Under the pieces are notes generated by a model that was not told the DNA's origin, ran no database searches, and was given only the letters and a program-made list of their open reading frames with translations. A DNA stretch of 64,000 bases from Styela clava (taxonomy: Eukaryota), in NCBI RefSeq assembly GCF_964204865.1, contig NC_135261.1, positions 6,262,001 to 6,326,000 of the forward strand. The letters run 5' to 3'. Below, piece by piece: positions 15,001 through 29,600 of this stretch (position 1 is the stretch's first letter; every line of letters begins with the position of its first letter). The translations under genes and the position numbers were made by a program.

Positions 15001-18000
15001 GAATGGTGGAAAAACGGCAGTTTCCTGTGAAAAATTTATAATTTAAATGGTGATATTGTTGAGTGGGGAATTTGAAGGTTGCATGCAATAAAATAGGATG
15101 AAAAGGAGCAATTATGAATAATTTATAAATATTATTATACGGTACTAATTGTTCAACATGCTCAAACAAATATCAGTTTCATATTTAAAAGCATATTTCA
15201 GATAAATATAACTGAATAAATAATATATGTTACATGCAAAAAAACGAACGTGCAAAGTATGACGAAAGCAATAATTTTTGTGCTTATTTATATCGTTGCT
15301 GCTTTATTCTTTTGAAACAGCCAAATTTTAATGATGGTATGACTTCACTGGTGAAATGATGTCACGCAAATAACCTTAGTGGGTCTAATCACGGTGACAG
15401 GTGATGGCCGTCGACGTAACATCTGAGGCGAAGTCAGTCGTTTAGCTTTAGGGCCATCCTCCATTTTGTGTCTTGTCCTAAAGCCTCTATATGCGGCTTG
15501 TATTTTAGTTGCACTTTCGCGTTGTTTGTCGAGATCTTTGCGCGTCTTGTAGCCTTTGAATGACGCTTGTATTTTTGTTGCGGCGTCTTCTTCAAGCCAC
15601 TGATTGTATGAGTAAGTTATTTGTTTACAAACCACAACTCAGGAAAAAAATTATTAATTCCAAGCACAAAAATATTTGCGCCACAAAAAATAAAAGTGAC
15701 ACACAAATTGACATTTTAAACAGCCAATTTAAATAAGTCATTTTGATATCATTTAATCGAGTAATAACACTTTCACATGCATTTTTGTGTTTACTATTTA
15801 TCCCTTATTACAAAAAAGGAGAAAACTGATAAAGCATCCATATTTTGTCCTGTTTTTCAACTCAAATTGCACATTATAAATTAACTTTATCAAAATGACA
15901 CATCTCTGTAATATAGCACTCTCGTATGTACAATGGGCATCACAATAAATCCATGCATCAAGCTGTCTAAATTCTGGCAACCCTTCAATAATACCTCACT
16001 AGTTGTCTTTAGTTCTTTCGAGCTTTTCTCAATTTCAAGCTTATTTTTAAACTCAGCTGAAATCTTTTTTTCAAGTTTTTCTGCTCTCGCTGCAACGGAT
16101 TCAGATTGTTCTGAAATAGCTGCAACGGATTCAGACTTTTCTGAAATCGCTGTAACGAATTCAGATTGTTCTGAAATAGCTGTAACGATCTCAGTCTTTT
16201 CTTCGGTGATAGAAGTAGCGGATAGTGATTTCACAGATGCCATAGATGTGGCTGATGCAGATGCAATGAGTGATGTTTTCTCCGTTTCAGAAGTAGTGCT
16301 TGATGGTGCAGGAAGGTTTTTCTATGCAAATTTGGAGCAAGAAAAAGTGATAAATTGGCATGCAATACTAAATGTCGCGTTTAGTGATTGATGTGGCATG
16401 CAATGAATGGTAAATGAAAGAATGAATGTGCTATTTCATTATTGGCCTGTAACCAATTTTCGGATGTTTCTTCTATTCTTTTTTTCCTGGGTTTGGTTAA
16501 GATAAGTAAAATTACCTAATACCTAACAATAAGACAACCAGAAAAAGATGAGGATTTTACATGAAAAAATTTATTCTAATTTAACATAAAGAGAATCAAA
16601 GTGAATGGGTCAAAATAGTGGAGAGGCAATCCCAGGGTAGTGCTGGATAAACTCAAGGGAAATCTCATGAATATGATACAGACAGCAAATTTTGAACTCT
16701 ATATCCCGATGATAATATTTAATATGCCAATGACGCGCTAAATTAAATTTTCGTATATTGAAATATTAAAAGAGCAATGGCCAAATTTATGGGAACGGTC
16801 AAAACAAAGTAGTACGAGTATGAAATCTTTCACAGTAGACTACCGGCACCGCAGTCTTCACGACTTTGCCTGACGGAGGGAACCGCCACAAGGTGCGCAC
16901 TTTTCAATTTTGATGACGTCGTCGCACACAAAAAACGAATCTCATAGCGCCCACAGATATTTTTGAATAAATAATATTAGGTACAATAATCAATAGCTTT
17001 CTAGCGACAAAATTTCAAAGAAATTGGTCCAGCAATTAAAGAGAAAAGCGATTTTTTTATACAAACAAGGAGAAACGAAATACTAACAAGAACAACAACA
17101 TAAGGACAAAACGATCCACAAGACTCTCCAATAATGTGTCCAATAATTATAAACAGATATTTAATCCTATATAGAAAAATACCGGAGTGAACTAACAGAC
17201 TAATGTATTTTGTTATCGCGAATTAGGAATGTTACGAGCCAGGGCGCCAAGTTTACGTCACTCCCATAATTAACATTTCACGGAGAGTTCATATCTTATC
17301 GTCTGCGTATCGACAGCTGGGAATCGCGCGGTTACAGTAGACCCGAAATAAAACAAACAAGAAATAACTTTACTCGGAGAAAAGGAAATATTACGTTTTA
17401 ATGATATAAGTCACGGGAATGACTGGGCAAAATACTTTACTGATTTAAAAAAAAAAAAACTGGTTAGGATATATTGAGAACTGACTTCAGAACAAAATTG
17501 AAACTGTAAAAGGACTTTATGGACACCATGTACATTAGAAGTTGGTCATTATTGTTTATTAGCATTACCCTCCTTCCCTTTTAAAGGAAAAATAGAGCTC
17601 AAATATATGGGCACTAAAGTTCAATAAATACCACAGTATTTGCCACAGTAACGGTAGCATAAGCGGCTCACGCGGGGATCTGACTGAGCGCCGGTGTCGC
17701 AAAATCAAAACGTAGAACAACCGTGAAAATCATGCTTGAAGGAATTTAAACTGTGTTACGACGAATTAAACTAAAACAGCAGAAATTTGATTAAAATATC
17801 GGACCTCGTGAGTTCCAAAGAAAATTACCCCAAAACAACAACGATAACGATTTGCAAAAACTATCGATATTGCCGTTTTGTGTCCAATAATACACTCAGA
17901 TATGTGAACGATATTCCATCTATACGTAAATTGCGGTGTAAGTGTATGATAAAGATGCTGCGCCTAGATGTGCTTAGTACTTTGTGTTTTGTATGAATGG

Positions 18001-21000
18001 TGAGTGAGAAAATGAACTTACCGTTGGCAATGGGCGCTTCCTTGAAGCTGACGACGGTCTAACACGTCTTACACCAGGTATAGTTCGGTTCGGATTGTTG
18101 CAGTAATCAATGCTTGGTGGCAAGGATGGAAGGGTAGGTGGGGGGGCTACTTTAGGTGGGCGAGCAGCGGGGACAGGAGCATTGGCAGTGGAGGAATAGG
18201 AAGGTGGTTTTGTCGTAGATGACTGAGACGATGATGATGCAATGGCCATGTTTGATGACGCAGAAGCGTTTGATGACGATTCCGAAATGTGTGATGACGC
18301 ATGAGACGCCATTTTGGATGACATTTGTTGTTGCGTGGCATTGAATGAGTGGTCTTGTAGCTGCGAAGAATCAACACAATCCTGAGAAGTCATCACTGAT
18401 TGGTGTGACGTCAACTGTGCAGCTCGTTCAGTATATCCGCATGATTGAATTGATGACGATGAGTGAGATGTAATATGTGACGTCATTGAAGCCTGATGTG
18501 ACATCATCGATGTTTGTTGTGACGTCATATGTTCACTCCGATCTACTTCCATGTGCTGAATTTCGCGTTGTTCGGCATGCGATACACTAGCACAAGACTG
18601 AGATACTTCCATTTTTTCATAACTCTGTGCTGCTTTGAACTGAGAATGAGCCTGGCTAGCCTTCTGCTGAATTACTGCTACACTGCTGTTTTGCGCTACT
18701 GCAGCGCGTTTAGAAGCAGAATGTACTGAAGAATTTATTACCTGTTGTTCTTGCAGTTTTCCGTCAGTACCGGTTGCAGCAAGCTGTGAAATTATAATTC
18801 AGAGGTAAAAATCAACATAATATCAATAAGTCTAATAATAACCAAAGATTTAATTTTTTCATATTTTTGTATTTGCAAACAAAGGCACGCCACCGCCTCA
18901 AAAACATTTATGAATCCCTACTATTATTTAGAATATTAATATTAATATACGAAAACACGAATTCATATGCAAAAGTGAAAAGTAATATCCAATATAACAG
19001 CAGAAACAAAGGTAAACATAGGTTTTGTAGCCCTTGATTGGATTCTTCCGTGTGCCAGGTCGCGAACAATCTCTAGAATATTGAGTCTCACAGATCTAGT
19101 TATCTATACCTTAAGGTTTTTTGGACCAGGGGCTGAAAATGTGGATCATGCGGGCCATTTAAGTGTTACCTAAAATATTGCATTTTATGAAAAATATCAA
19201 AATTTGGTTGTGGTCGCATCATGCGGGCCAGATTGAATTACCCAAGGACCGGATTTAGGCTGCGGGCCCTAGTGCACCCATTCCAGTTCTATAATATACC
19301 CTAAAATATTAAACAACGTCAATATCGTACCCGTACGCCAGCCCCACGAGGGGGTGAAGGAGTCGGTGCTTTCACGCTTCTTATTTGACGACGCGGTAAA
19401 GGTGATTGCTGAGAACCCAAGGCAGGATGCATCTATATATATTTAGAATATATATTTTACAATAATTAAAACAAGATTATCAGTTGTCTATAGTGAACAA
19501 TAAACACTTCTTAAGATTTAGTTTTCAATAGTTTCATTTCAAACCGTTGATTGAATTATCTTGGGAAATGTGACAGTACATAAATTATTCGCGGACCAAA
19601 ATCATTCTATTGCTAGTTAATTGTTGGTATTTCCACTGAAATCGGAAACACATATATCATTGGTTGGCAACACAGAGCCGCGACCCCGTGCCGATCAATG
19701 AAAGGTTTATCAACAGGTCAGACTCTATACATTTTCAATATTTTTATAATTTTATATATATGCTAGCTAGACTATATATATATATATGAAAAAGATACTT
19801 AATTGCCTGATTTTTAACATCCTGCAACGAAATAAAACATTCGACAATGCAATTTTATCGACATCGCACATTTGAATTATTGTTTTTTTTTCTTTTTGCC
19901 GATTTGGAGTTGAGTCAAATTAGCATAAGTTAATTTTAGAATTAGTATAATTCCGCGTATAAACTTACCCTTGGTGGACTCATTCTGACTTTCCGTATAG
20001 GAGATGGGCTTTGTTTCCGTGTAGGTTTGGGTGAAACATTTGGCGGCGTTCGCATTGAGCTTGACGCAGCAGCCGGCGTTTGCACGAAGTCACTGTCCGA
20101 TGGGCCGTCTCTGGTCGTTTCAGAGCGCTGAATATTTGAGTTTTATAATTATATTACATTCAGAAAATGATTTGATGAGATTATAATTTATAGTCTATAA
20201 ATAGTAATGCAAAATAATTGTGAGTGGTCTTAGGATGGTTCAAAATACGCCAGATGAAGTATACCCAAGAAACAACAAGTATCACGTCATATGACTTCTT
20301 TGGATCTGGTTTACAAATACTAGAAATGCATAAACCACATTTGGAAATCGATATATATGAACTAGAACATGTATACGTAATTTAAAGTATTTTATCAGTG
20401 AAGTATGTTCACAGTTTATTCCTATGTTATAAACAGTGCTTATATAGTGAGCTTTGAAAAAAATGACAAACATTTTTGAATTTTTGAGATAAAGGGAAAT
20501 ACCAAACTAAATGAAAACTTGCGAGAGTTTATTAGTCCATGCTGATGGACAAGCTCAGGCAGAATCGCAAATCAATAAAGGACCACTTACTCCACGCTCG
20601 GCCTGATAAGCGAGTTTCTTTTGTTCAATAACTTGTGTTACTGTTGGCGAAGCTTCGACACTGCTTGCGACAGATCCCTCACCTAGAAATATTACGTTCT
20701 AGAATGTTATAGATTGACTAACATATTCATACTTTTACACAAATCCTATGATATGTCAGTCATATCAATAAAACGACTTGAGTGGATTAATTTGCTGCGA
20801 TTAAATGTTAGATGAGTAGGTTTGATTCTTTAAAAGTTACCAATATGTTGTAAAATATCTTTCAACATCAACAACTTTTAGAAGAAAACATAATCGAGAA
20901 ATGTTTTAAATAAATATTAAGGGTGTCCATAAATTCTGAAATTTTTTAAAAATTGCAAAAAGAATTTATCGATAACATATATTGTTTTGTCCCTCACAGA

Positions 21001-23657
21001 TGTATTAAATGAAGTAAAAATACTTAAACAATTACTGAGTAAAAAAAAATCCCGGTCAATATATATTTAGAACTGACTTCACAACAAAATTGAAATTGTA
21101 AAGGGACTTTATGGACACCCTGTATATATGTTCACACCGTATTAATGTCTTTAAACTTGGTTAAAATATTCTCGTCAATGGCTACCGGTGAAAATGCACA
21201 CTGCCTTTGGTTGTGTGAAGGGGATGTATTCCGAACTAGTGATAAACAAACGTTCCCCACAACAAACCTGAAATTGTCAGCATAGCGGTCGAAGTAGCCT
21301 TTCCAGCATTATTGGCAGCAGTAACCGTAAATCTTCCGGTGTCCTCTTCATAAGCTTCTGTTATAGTAAGACTGTGTGTGTCACCAGCACTCACGATACG
21401 AAAGTCGTCTGAATGTCGGATCTCAGCTCCCTGGGAAATTGAAAGGTTAATATGATATAAACACAGTAATTAATTATGGGTTAATATGGTTCGCGAAAAG
21501 AACTTCTGGAACTTCTTGTGGGACCGAATAATTGTCACAATTTTACTATAAACATTATTTCATACGAATTCTCCCAGTTCATTTCTTCAATTTTATACAC
21601 ATCAGAAGAACCTGGTACAAATGACCAAGACTCATTATATACCTAAAACCAGTATGCCAATAAAATGTGCGTCGCACTGAAGATTTTCGTGCAATTGCCG
21701 GCTCCAATTCTTTAACTATCGATTTGGGTTACGCGAGACTAACAATCTTTGCTTTATCTATGCTGTTGTGCTAGTGTAAAGCTAGTGTAAAGCTGTTGCA
21801 GGAATAAAATTAAATCCAATTTGTTAGTATTGGAACTCAAGTGAACAATATTAATCGGACCAAGTTTGATGAAACTTTAATAACATCGATAGTTTTTGCC
21901 AATATAGAAATGCTAAATTAATTTGATGAATACTCTAGCCTAGCGAGCTCATTTCAGATAATTAAGTTAATGATTCCGCAATTAACTATTTAAATGCAAG
22001 GTCAGACATAATTTGATAGGGTAAAATCTTACCTCGCGATACCATTTGACACGAGGTGCGGGTAATCCTGTTGTTTTCACTTCAAACCGAACAGACTGTC
22101 CTTGTCTAGCTGATATACTAGCTAGATGTTGTTTGAACAACGGAGCCACTGTCTTAGCTGTAAATACATTAGTGTAAATTATTTTGAAAAAATATTGTGT
22201 GGTTATTGTACAGTTCCTAAGCTGTATGATTGGACTAGTAAGTACACTATGACGGTTGTACGGTCCTACGTTAAGTTTCACTCAGTTAACTACTCAATAA
22301 AGGCTGCGAAAACCCGAGTAAAACTAAGTATGGTGTTGAGAATTGAAATATTTTTTTACAGTTGGTAAGGATTGTAAAACGTAGGCTTCTTGATTGTGAT
22401 CCATCCTATTATATGTGAGCTATTTTTGATTTCATTCTGCACCCCCAATACAAGTTATTTGGGAATTGTGAAACACGGAAACATTTCAATATTATACAAA
22501 TTATTACACCAGACGAAAAAAAAGACGGACAGTTTAAACAAAGCACCTTCAACCTTTATATATACTTTATACTTTAATTTATCTATACAAACTTGACTGA
22601 ATAATGGTACTAATTAAGCATACTTTTTACAACAAATTCAGCCGATGTATCCGCTTCTCCAGCTCCGTTGATAGCATGGCATGTGAATATGCCAGCATCC
22701 TCATCAAATACTTCCGGAATATTTAGCACACATCTTCCGCTGGCGTCGGCTGATATCTCGTAGTTTATCGAGTTTGTGACGTCATTTCCATTATGAAGCC
22801 AAGTGACAGCGGGTATAGGAAATCCTAAAATATAGGATACAGATTCATAAAACCTGAATAGCAGCTTACAATTTTAAATGAATAATGGAAATTTTGATTA
22901 AATGAAAAGCCCAATGATGTAAATGGTGCTACGTGATTAAGTGAATAAATATTCAATCCCATAGAATCCGTATTGCCAACGGTTCTACAAAAAGCGGTTA
23001 GTATCTACACACTACGGGAATGGTATAAATCCGTTTCATATATAAACATATTTTTGATAGGTTTCTAAGTGCAGTAGATTGCACAAGATACAGGCACATG
23101 GAATTGAAAAATGACAAAATATCCAGTTTAACACAACAGCAAATTTACCACAAAACTTCAATAAAAAAGATATTAGAAGACTAGGGAGATATAAAAACAT
23201 ACTTCAAATAAAAAAACTCAAATGTATATTTTCGTTTTATATATAAAACATATTTTAATAAGTTTTTAGGTGCAGTAGGTTGCAAAAAATACATGCGCAT
23301 GGAATTGAAAAATGACAAAATATTCAGCTCAACAGAACAGCAGTTTGCCACCAAATTTTTTTAATCAAAATATTAGAACGCAAGGCAACTATATAAACAT
23401 ACTTCAAATAGAAAAAAATCGAATTACATTTTCGAGGTATATATAATTTCAATGAATTTCTTGAAATTTTAGGTGTACATGAAATAAGATTTAGTTTGTA
23501 TGCTGTGAACGTTTGTTAGAGCGTACCTGTCACTACAGCTTCAAACCTAAGAGTTCCTCCTTCGTCACATTGATTGCTTTTCAAAGGGAGAGTAAAGCGT
23601 GGTGGATGAAACTCAATCCCTGCCATTATCTCTGATGAACTGTGTGATTCTTTTGGT
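23..23657 (-). CDS. TTN: Titin (connectin) Z-disc N-terminal region; continues beyond the left edge of the window
   Basis: Exons 23527-23657 (ATG 23626-23624, MAGIEFHPPRFTLPL), 22624-22824, 22033-22157, 21268-21430, 20591-20682, 19969-20127, 19331-19432, 18022-18783, 15995-16321, 15375-15599, 14895-15024, 14173-14327, 13487-13596, 12880-13049, 12183-12413, 11525-11638, 11061-11172, 10163-10336, 8913-9025, 23-187. Titin-type motifs: RQGQSVRF..KWYREGAEI (Z2), QSPSPIR, VKAPTPSP, RLDEVDE..YFKPRF, DYSHRVVVKEDGVRSLIISPATP. Confidence 0.9.
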
Positions 23658-26600
23658 CTGTGAAACAACATAAATTGATATTTTGCAAAATGGGTACTCT
23701 TGGTTGACAGGGTTTCGGAAGAATCGGACGAGTTTTACACTATCCTAGTAATTCTAAAAATTTCGAATTTAGTTAGGATTACATATTGGGTATAATAGCC
23801 TTCTCAACAGCTTGTATTTTTTTTTCTATGGTATATCAAATAAAATTTTATATAAATGGAGGACGGAACAAAAATATAAATGAAAACCGCATAAAATTTG
23901 TTTGAATCTTTCTCAAATTCGTATTGAATTATAAGATTCATTGATATTAAGCAGTTAAAAGATGGATCGATCGAGAATTTAGCGTAGTGATAAAATCTTG
24001 AAGTTTGAATTTATGTTGAATAGATTAATGGAGTACCGCAGTTATATTAGATTTATAATGACTTCTCAAAAAAACAAACCCCATCCTAAATCATAGGTTA
24101 CAGCATGGAGCGCTACAACAGTCACTGACGGAACAAAACTAAACTAAACTTCGCTCTAATTGGGACGTTGATAGTAACAGCTAAGAGGGTGACATTAATT
24201 AACTACGATATATGTTCAAAATAGATGATTCAAAAAATAGGTAAATTACTTATTACATTCGGCATTTCATACACTTCAGAATATAAGGAAACATAAAATA
24301 CAAAGAGAAAGATGGTTTTAAATTGTCTGGCGCAGAAGACTCAATTTCAAAAGTCCTATATTCTCATACTACACAAACACATACACAAGACACACTATTA
24401 GCAAACTTATTGAAATTATTACTACTTCAGTCTTCAAAAAGTAAACGTGAAGTATTAATCACATATTAGGGTTCTGCATTGTATCGAAACCTTACTTATC
24501 TTACAGTGCATTAATATAAATCCCAAAAGGTGAACAACAAATTATTCAAAACGGATTATTAGAAATTAATAACGATTTTTACGTCGATACAATATATTAC
24601 GTAAGTTAATCTTTCCACTATCATTCGGATGTTATGCCCTGTCGTTTGAACGCTAAATTACAACGATCCAATATCGATTCAAATAAAAATAAAAAAGTTT
24701 GATAAAGTTCAAGAAGTGTATTCAATATAATATTATACGTGACTTTAGATCACATCTCAGCTTGGGATCAAGAATAATTCGTTTTATCTTCATCTCAACT
24801 AAGATAAGCGTCTTACGGTTGTTCGACATGCCAAAATTTGACTGGTCCTTTAGACTTATACAAAAAAAACAATACAAATATTTATAGCATCATCGCGTGT
24901 GAGAGCAAAACATTCTCGTTAATTATATGCAAAACAGTAAGTTTCACGTTTATCAAATATACTTTAGCTACTTTCAACGCCTTATGATTATGGAGTCAGT
25001 TATTTATTTAGTATTTCTACTGCAAATTAAACCACTATTCGTTTTATAAAATAATGGTAACCATATTGCGGACAATCACTACAACTGCGGGAGGAAATAC
25101 TCATATATTAAGAAATTTGAAAGTAATTTTTGTCAATAATATAGCCTTACCTTATAGAATCAGCGCAGTCAAAAATTTATATATCTGTAAAGTATTCCTC
25201 TAACAGTCGGTTAGTCTTTCAATACTTTGTAAATTAAAATAAAAAAGTCAGCGAGCTTGTCTCGCTACAACCGGCTTGGAAAACTAAAGTAATAGAAATG
25301 ATTAGATAGCTTACGCAGACCTCTCTTAATCTCCCTTGGGAAAAAAGTTCGAATGCTTATGACCGCGAAGTATGCCTGCATCTGTCTTTTACATTCGTCA
25401 TCACGACGATGTTAGAGGAAAAAATGATAAATCTCACGTTATGCAAGGGTTGCGCATACATCGCGCCTTTGAGGAGCGAACAAGCGTCCGACCCTCGCTT
25501 GGTTAGACATATAGTGAAACGTGAGATAGGCCGCGACAGCGAACACAACTGTTTATGACCAAAGTGATAAGCATTTTCGCACTTAACGGCTCTTCAGACA
25601 CGATAATAATTTGAATTTTAGCACACATTGGCCATATTAGTAATATGAATAGCTTTGCTACATAAGTACCATAGAACATGCTTGGAAATTGAAATATTAT
25701 TGGCTCTGAATACATCAGCAAATGTTTCAGTCTAGCCTGATAAAAGTTGTCAAATTTTGTTCTATATAAAGGATATTACATATTTGAAGGTGACTGGAAG
25801 TGATGATAAGGGTAAATGGCGAATCAATCAAAATTTCAAGCGAACTCGCTATTGACGATAAGCGCGATCTATATTGTCACTACACAGTCAAAAAACATTT
25901 TTACGGGGTTCAAAGTTACGTCATATATTTGATATAGCCAATTTTTGCGGAGAAAATGAAAAATAATTCAAGCAAAAAAGAACCAAGGGAGAATAGACAT
26001 CAAAGTTTTAATTATAAGTCAAAATTATATTGAAAAACATTTACGGGATTTATACTTAAGCTATATATTTGATATAACCAATTATGGCCGAGGAAATGAA
26101 GAAAAAAATATTAGCGACGAAATAACTTTTAAATAATAGCCAACAATGTTCAAATTGCAAGTAGAAATTCTAGTCGAAAAATATCTTTACCGGGTTCAAA
26201 CTTAAGCTATATACCGGTATTTGATATAATTCATTTTTGACTGAGAAAAAGACGGAAAAATATTAGCGACACTATGAAAAATAGTCAATAATGTACCTAC
26301 CAGAAGTCCAAATTGTAGTCTAAATTATCTACAAATAAAATTGGCATTATGTACCGCGCAAATATCGCCCAAGTAACCTTATTCATCGAGTTCAAACTTT
26401 CTCACAACAATTTATTTAGTTTCCTAATTGCTAAACACAATTTTTTTTGTATTTTGGATCTAATTTCAAATGGGTAAATATTCGATTCTATTTGAATGTC
26501 TTCGATGCCTAAATACTGCACAATTGAACGATGCATCCAATTAAATTTAGATGACAGCTGTTTGTCGCAATTATTATATTTGCTATATATATTGTATCAA

Positions 26601-29600
26601 AAAAAAGGTTACAAATTTAGTTACGAAGAGACATTTTGAGTCCCCCTCATTTTTACTGATTCGGGAAATAGTTATTATACTGAATATTTAAAATTGAAAA
26701 TGTACAATTTGGCTGCTCTCTATCGCCGCAATGCGGCTGACATGATTTTGTGTCACCACTTTTTCTAATATATAGATATGAATTTGTGGGTATTCAGGGC
26801 AATTTTAGACATTGGCACTGGCTTAGGTAACAAAGTTCCCAAGGCTTCTCGAATACGTATAAATGCCACATGTTTGTGGTATATTTTTGTTATTATTTTT
26901 AGTCCAATGGTCACGCAATTAACACAATCATTAGGGTACGTCAATGGGTACGTAATTATGATTCGCTTACCCAAATCTAATTTAATTAATTTCGTCCAGA
27001 TACATACTAAACACAAATACTTTTATTCCATTTTTTTGCTTAAATTTGAATAAAGGTCCGGGTCGATCCGACTTGACTAAACTAATCTATATTTGAAGAT
27101 GAGCATACAACGACGGTTTCAATATTTAGTTTTGATTCCCAAGAATATATGTAGGACCTGCCTGAACTATTGTGAGGCTCTATGCAGAACAGAGCGCGCG
27201 AGGCATGGACTGGGTAAAGATGATAATTGAAATTACAGATATTGCCTTTTTTCTACTTTAGTACTTTTTACCTATGTACATGTAAATTAAATATATGGAG
27301 GCTATCATTCAAATTATAGGTGGAATGATTCATTATGGATAAATTTAGGAAGAGAGATATGCTGAAATGTATGGGCACAAAAACAATAACGAAGTGGTAT
27401 CAATCTTTTAGAATACCGATAGTCTTCCTTATTCACAAATTGCCGACTATGCTGAACACTAGATGGCAAAATGCGATTGCGAAACCGCGACATGGTGAGC
27501 AATTTTTTATTTTGATGAGGCCATTAAACAAAACTCTACAGTGAAAAACGAATACCACAAAGCCCACAGAAATTTTTGAAATAAATAAGCCATATAGCGA
27601 AAACAACAATCCACTAAAAAATTCCCAACAACGACGAATAAAACGACCCCCAACCAGATTAAACGCGGTCCGCAGTAAAGATTACATTGGTATGGGCGAC
27701 GATGTAACTACGGATATACAGTTTTAATACGACTAAATTGTTAAATGATAACTAGAAACTGTCATCTGTTTAGTTAATGTGGAAGGATGACACAGATATA
27801 ACCACAGAAAATACATGGGTATGGGTGGTTATCAAGAAAACTACACTTTTACTTTGGTTATTATTGTCGGTTCACAAATTTTTACCCTTTGACCTTGGCA
27901 TAAATTACCGACCATAATGTATGCTATTGTATGTGTATTCTATGAAATTTATGGTTTGTGTTCGTATAAATAGGTTGCATTGTATACAATTTGATGACTA
28001 AAGTTGATTTTCTTTTTGACTGGTGGTTTTTGACAATTTTTCACTGTTTTTGCACGTTTAATATTCAACTTTATTTTGTGACACCTTACCACAAAAAGCA
28101 CAAAGGTGGATAAAAGCAGAAAGGTGAGAAACAACTGTGTAAAATAACTGTACTTGAGCGTGAGTGGACATTGGGTAAGCAAAGAATGTCTGAACTGGGA
28201 TACTCACATGATATAGGTAAGTGAAATCGCGCCGCAAATTCTCGATTTTACTTGCATTTGTTTACAATGGTTTGTTTTGAACAATAACATGGAGGATTTA
28301 AGGTACTTCTGTAGTGTGTGTACCAGGTTAGGGTTAGGCCATACTTTTATTTCGATTTTCCTCATTTTAGTTCTATTGCGAGTTCGGGGACTGTTTGTGT
28401 TATCCAAGTGAATATACCCCCTGCATATAGGTTTCAGTCCCTTAACTTGATGTAAAACAGGCAAACATAATTAGTTTCCTTCATATTGGTACACACACTT
28501 CATGAGCGCCGGGTTTTCCGCCACGAATCGCCCACTTGATATTATCGTGCACTTAGCTTTACGACAGGAATATATAAAGGGCATATGACAGTCCGCCTTT
28601 GTTCCGCCTGAATCTCATTTGTCCCGTATAAAACGATAAATTCAACGAATAAACATTTATTTTGTGTTATTGATCAAATGTTATTGGGAAATGAAGAGAT
28701 GGAGTTGAAAGTTTTTGAAAGACACTGGATTCCAGTGTTCACTTTATGTTCCAAAAAGGTTGAAAAACAAATTTGATTATTTTGTGAAGAGAATTAGATT
28801 TCATGTAAACTGAGTGGTGTTATGAGAAATTAGAAAGTATACACAGCACCGCAAAGCACACCCAAAGTAAAAAAATGAACGCGATAAATGTAAAATAAAA
28901 TTCTGATAAGTAAGTGCAACGACGACTTCTAAAAGGGTATAGAGCCCTAACATGGGCAAAATACTGCCGCGGGCCAAATCCGACCCGACCCGTTGGGTAA
29001 TTCAATCTGGTCCGCCTGGAGCGGCCACAACCAAACTAAAACCAAATTTTTATATTTTAGCTAAAAAAAAATAGCCCAAGGAATTTGTTGAGATTGCGAT
29101 TAAATTTAGTTTTTGCACGAGGCTTGTTTTCCACTTTTTCTTTTGTAACACTATAAATATTGTTCATAACATGTAACTTTTTACGTCACATTTGAATGGC
29201 CAGCCAGTCTAGGTGGGCAAAGTGTTTGGCCCCTGATCCAAAAACCTTTCTCACCTCTGGTATAGGCTATTTAACGTTCTTTTAGGTAGTGATTAAGAAG
29301 ATCGCTCAGCAGTTTTCAAATGGTTAGCTGAATTACACATGATCAAAAAATAAAATATTAGAATCTCGTGGAACGTCACAGCTATCGTCAAGATGATAGG
29401 GTTAGGCCACAGCTAAATTAATAATTATATACAATGAATATACATGACAATACATACAATAATCCTACTAGAAGCACCATGGAGGCCGTTAAAATAGAAG
29501 TAAACTATATTATATATTGATGTATAGGGTGTCCATGAAGTCTTAAAATATTATAAATTGTAAAGGGAATTTATCGATACCATATATTGTTTTGGCCCTC

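Noticed and set aside
21268-22157. Palladin/myopalladin identity for the Ig region
   Set aside because: One Ig resembles myopalladin Ig1, but the domain order and unique motifs (QSPSPIR, APTPSP, SP..RLDEVDE, DYSHRVVVKEDG..PATP) follow titin.
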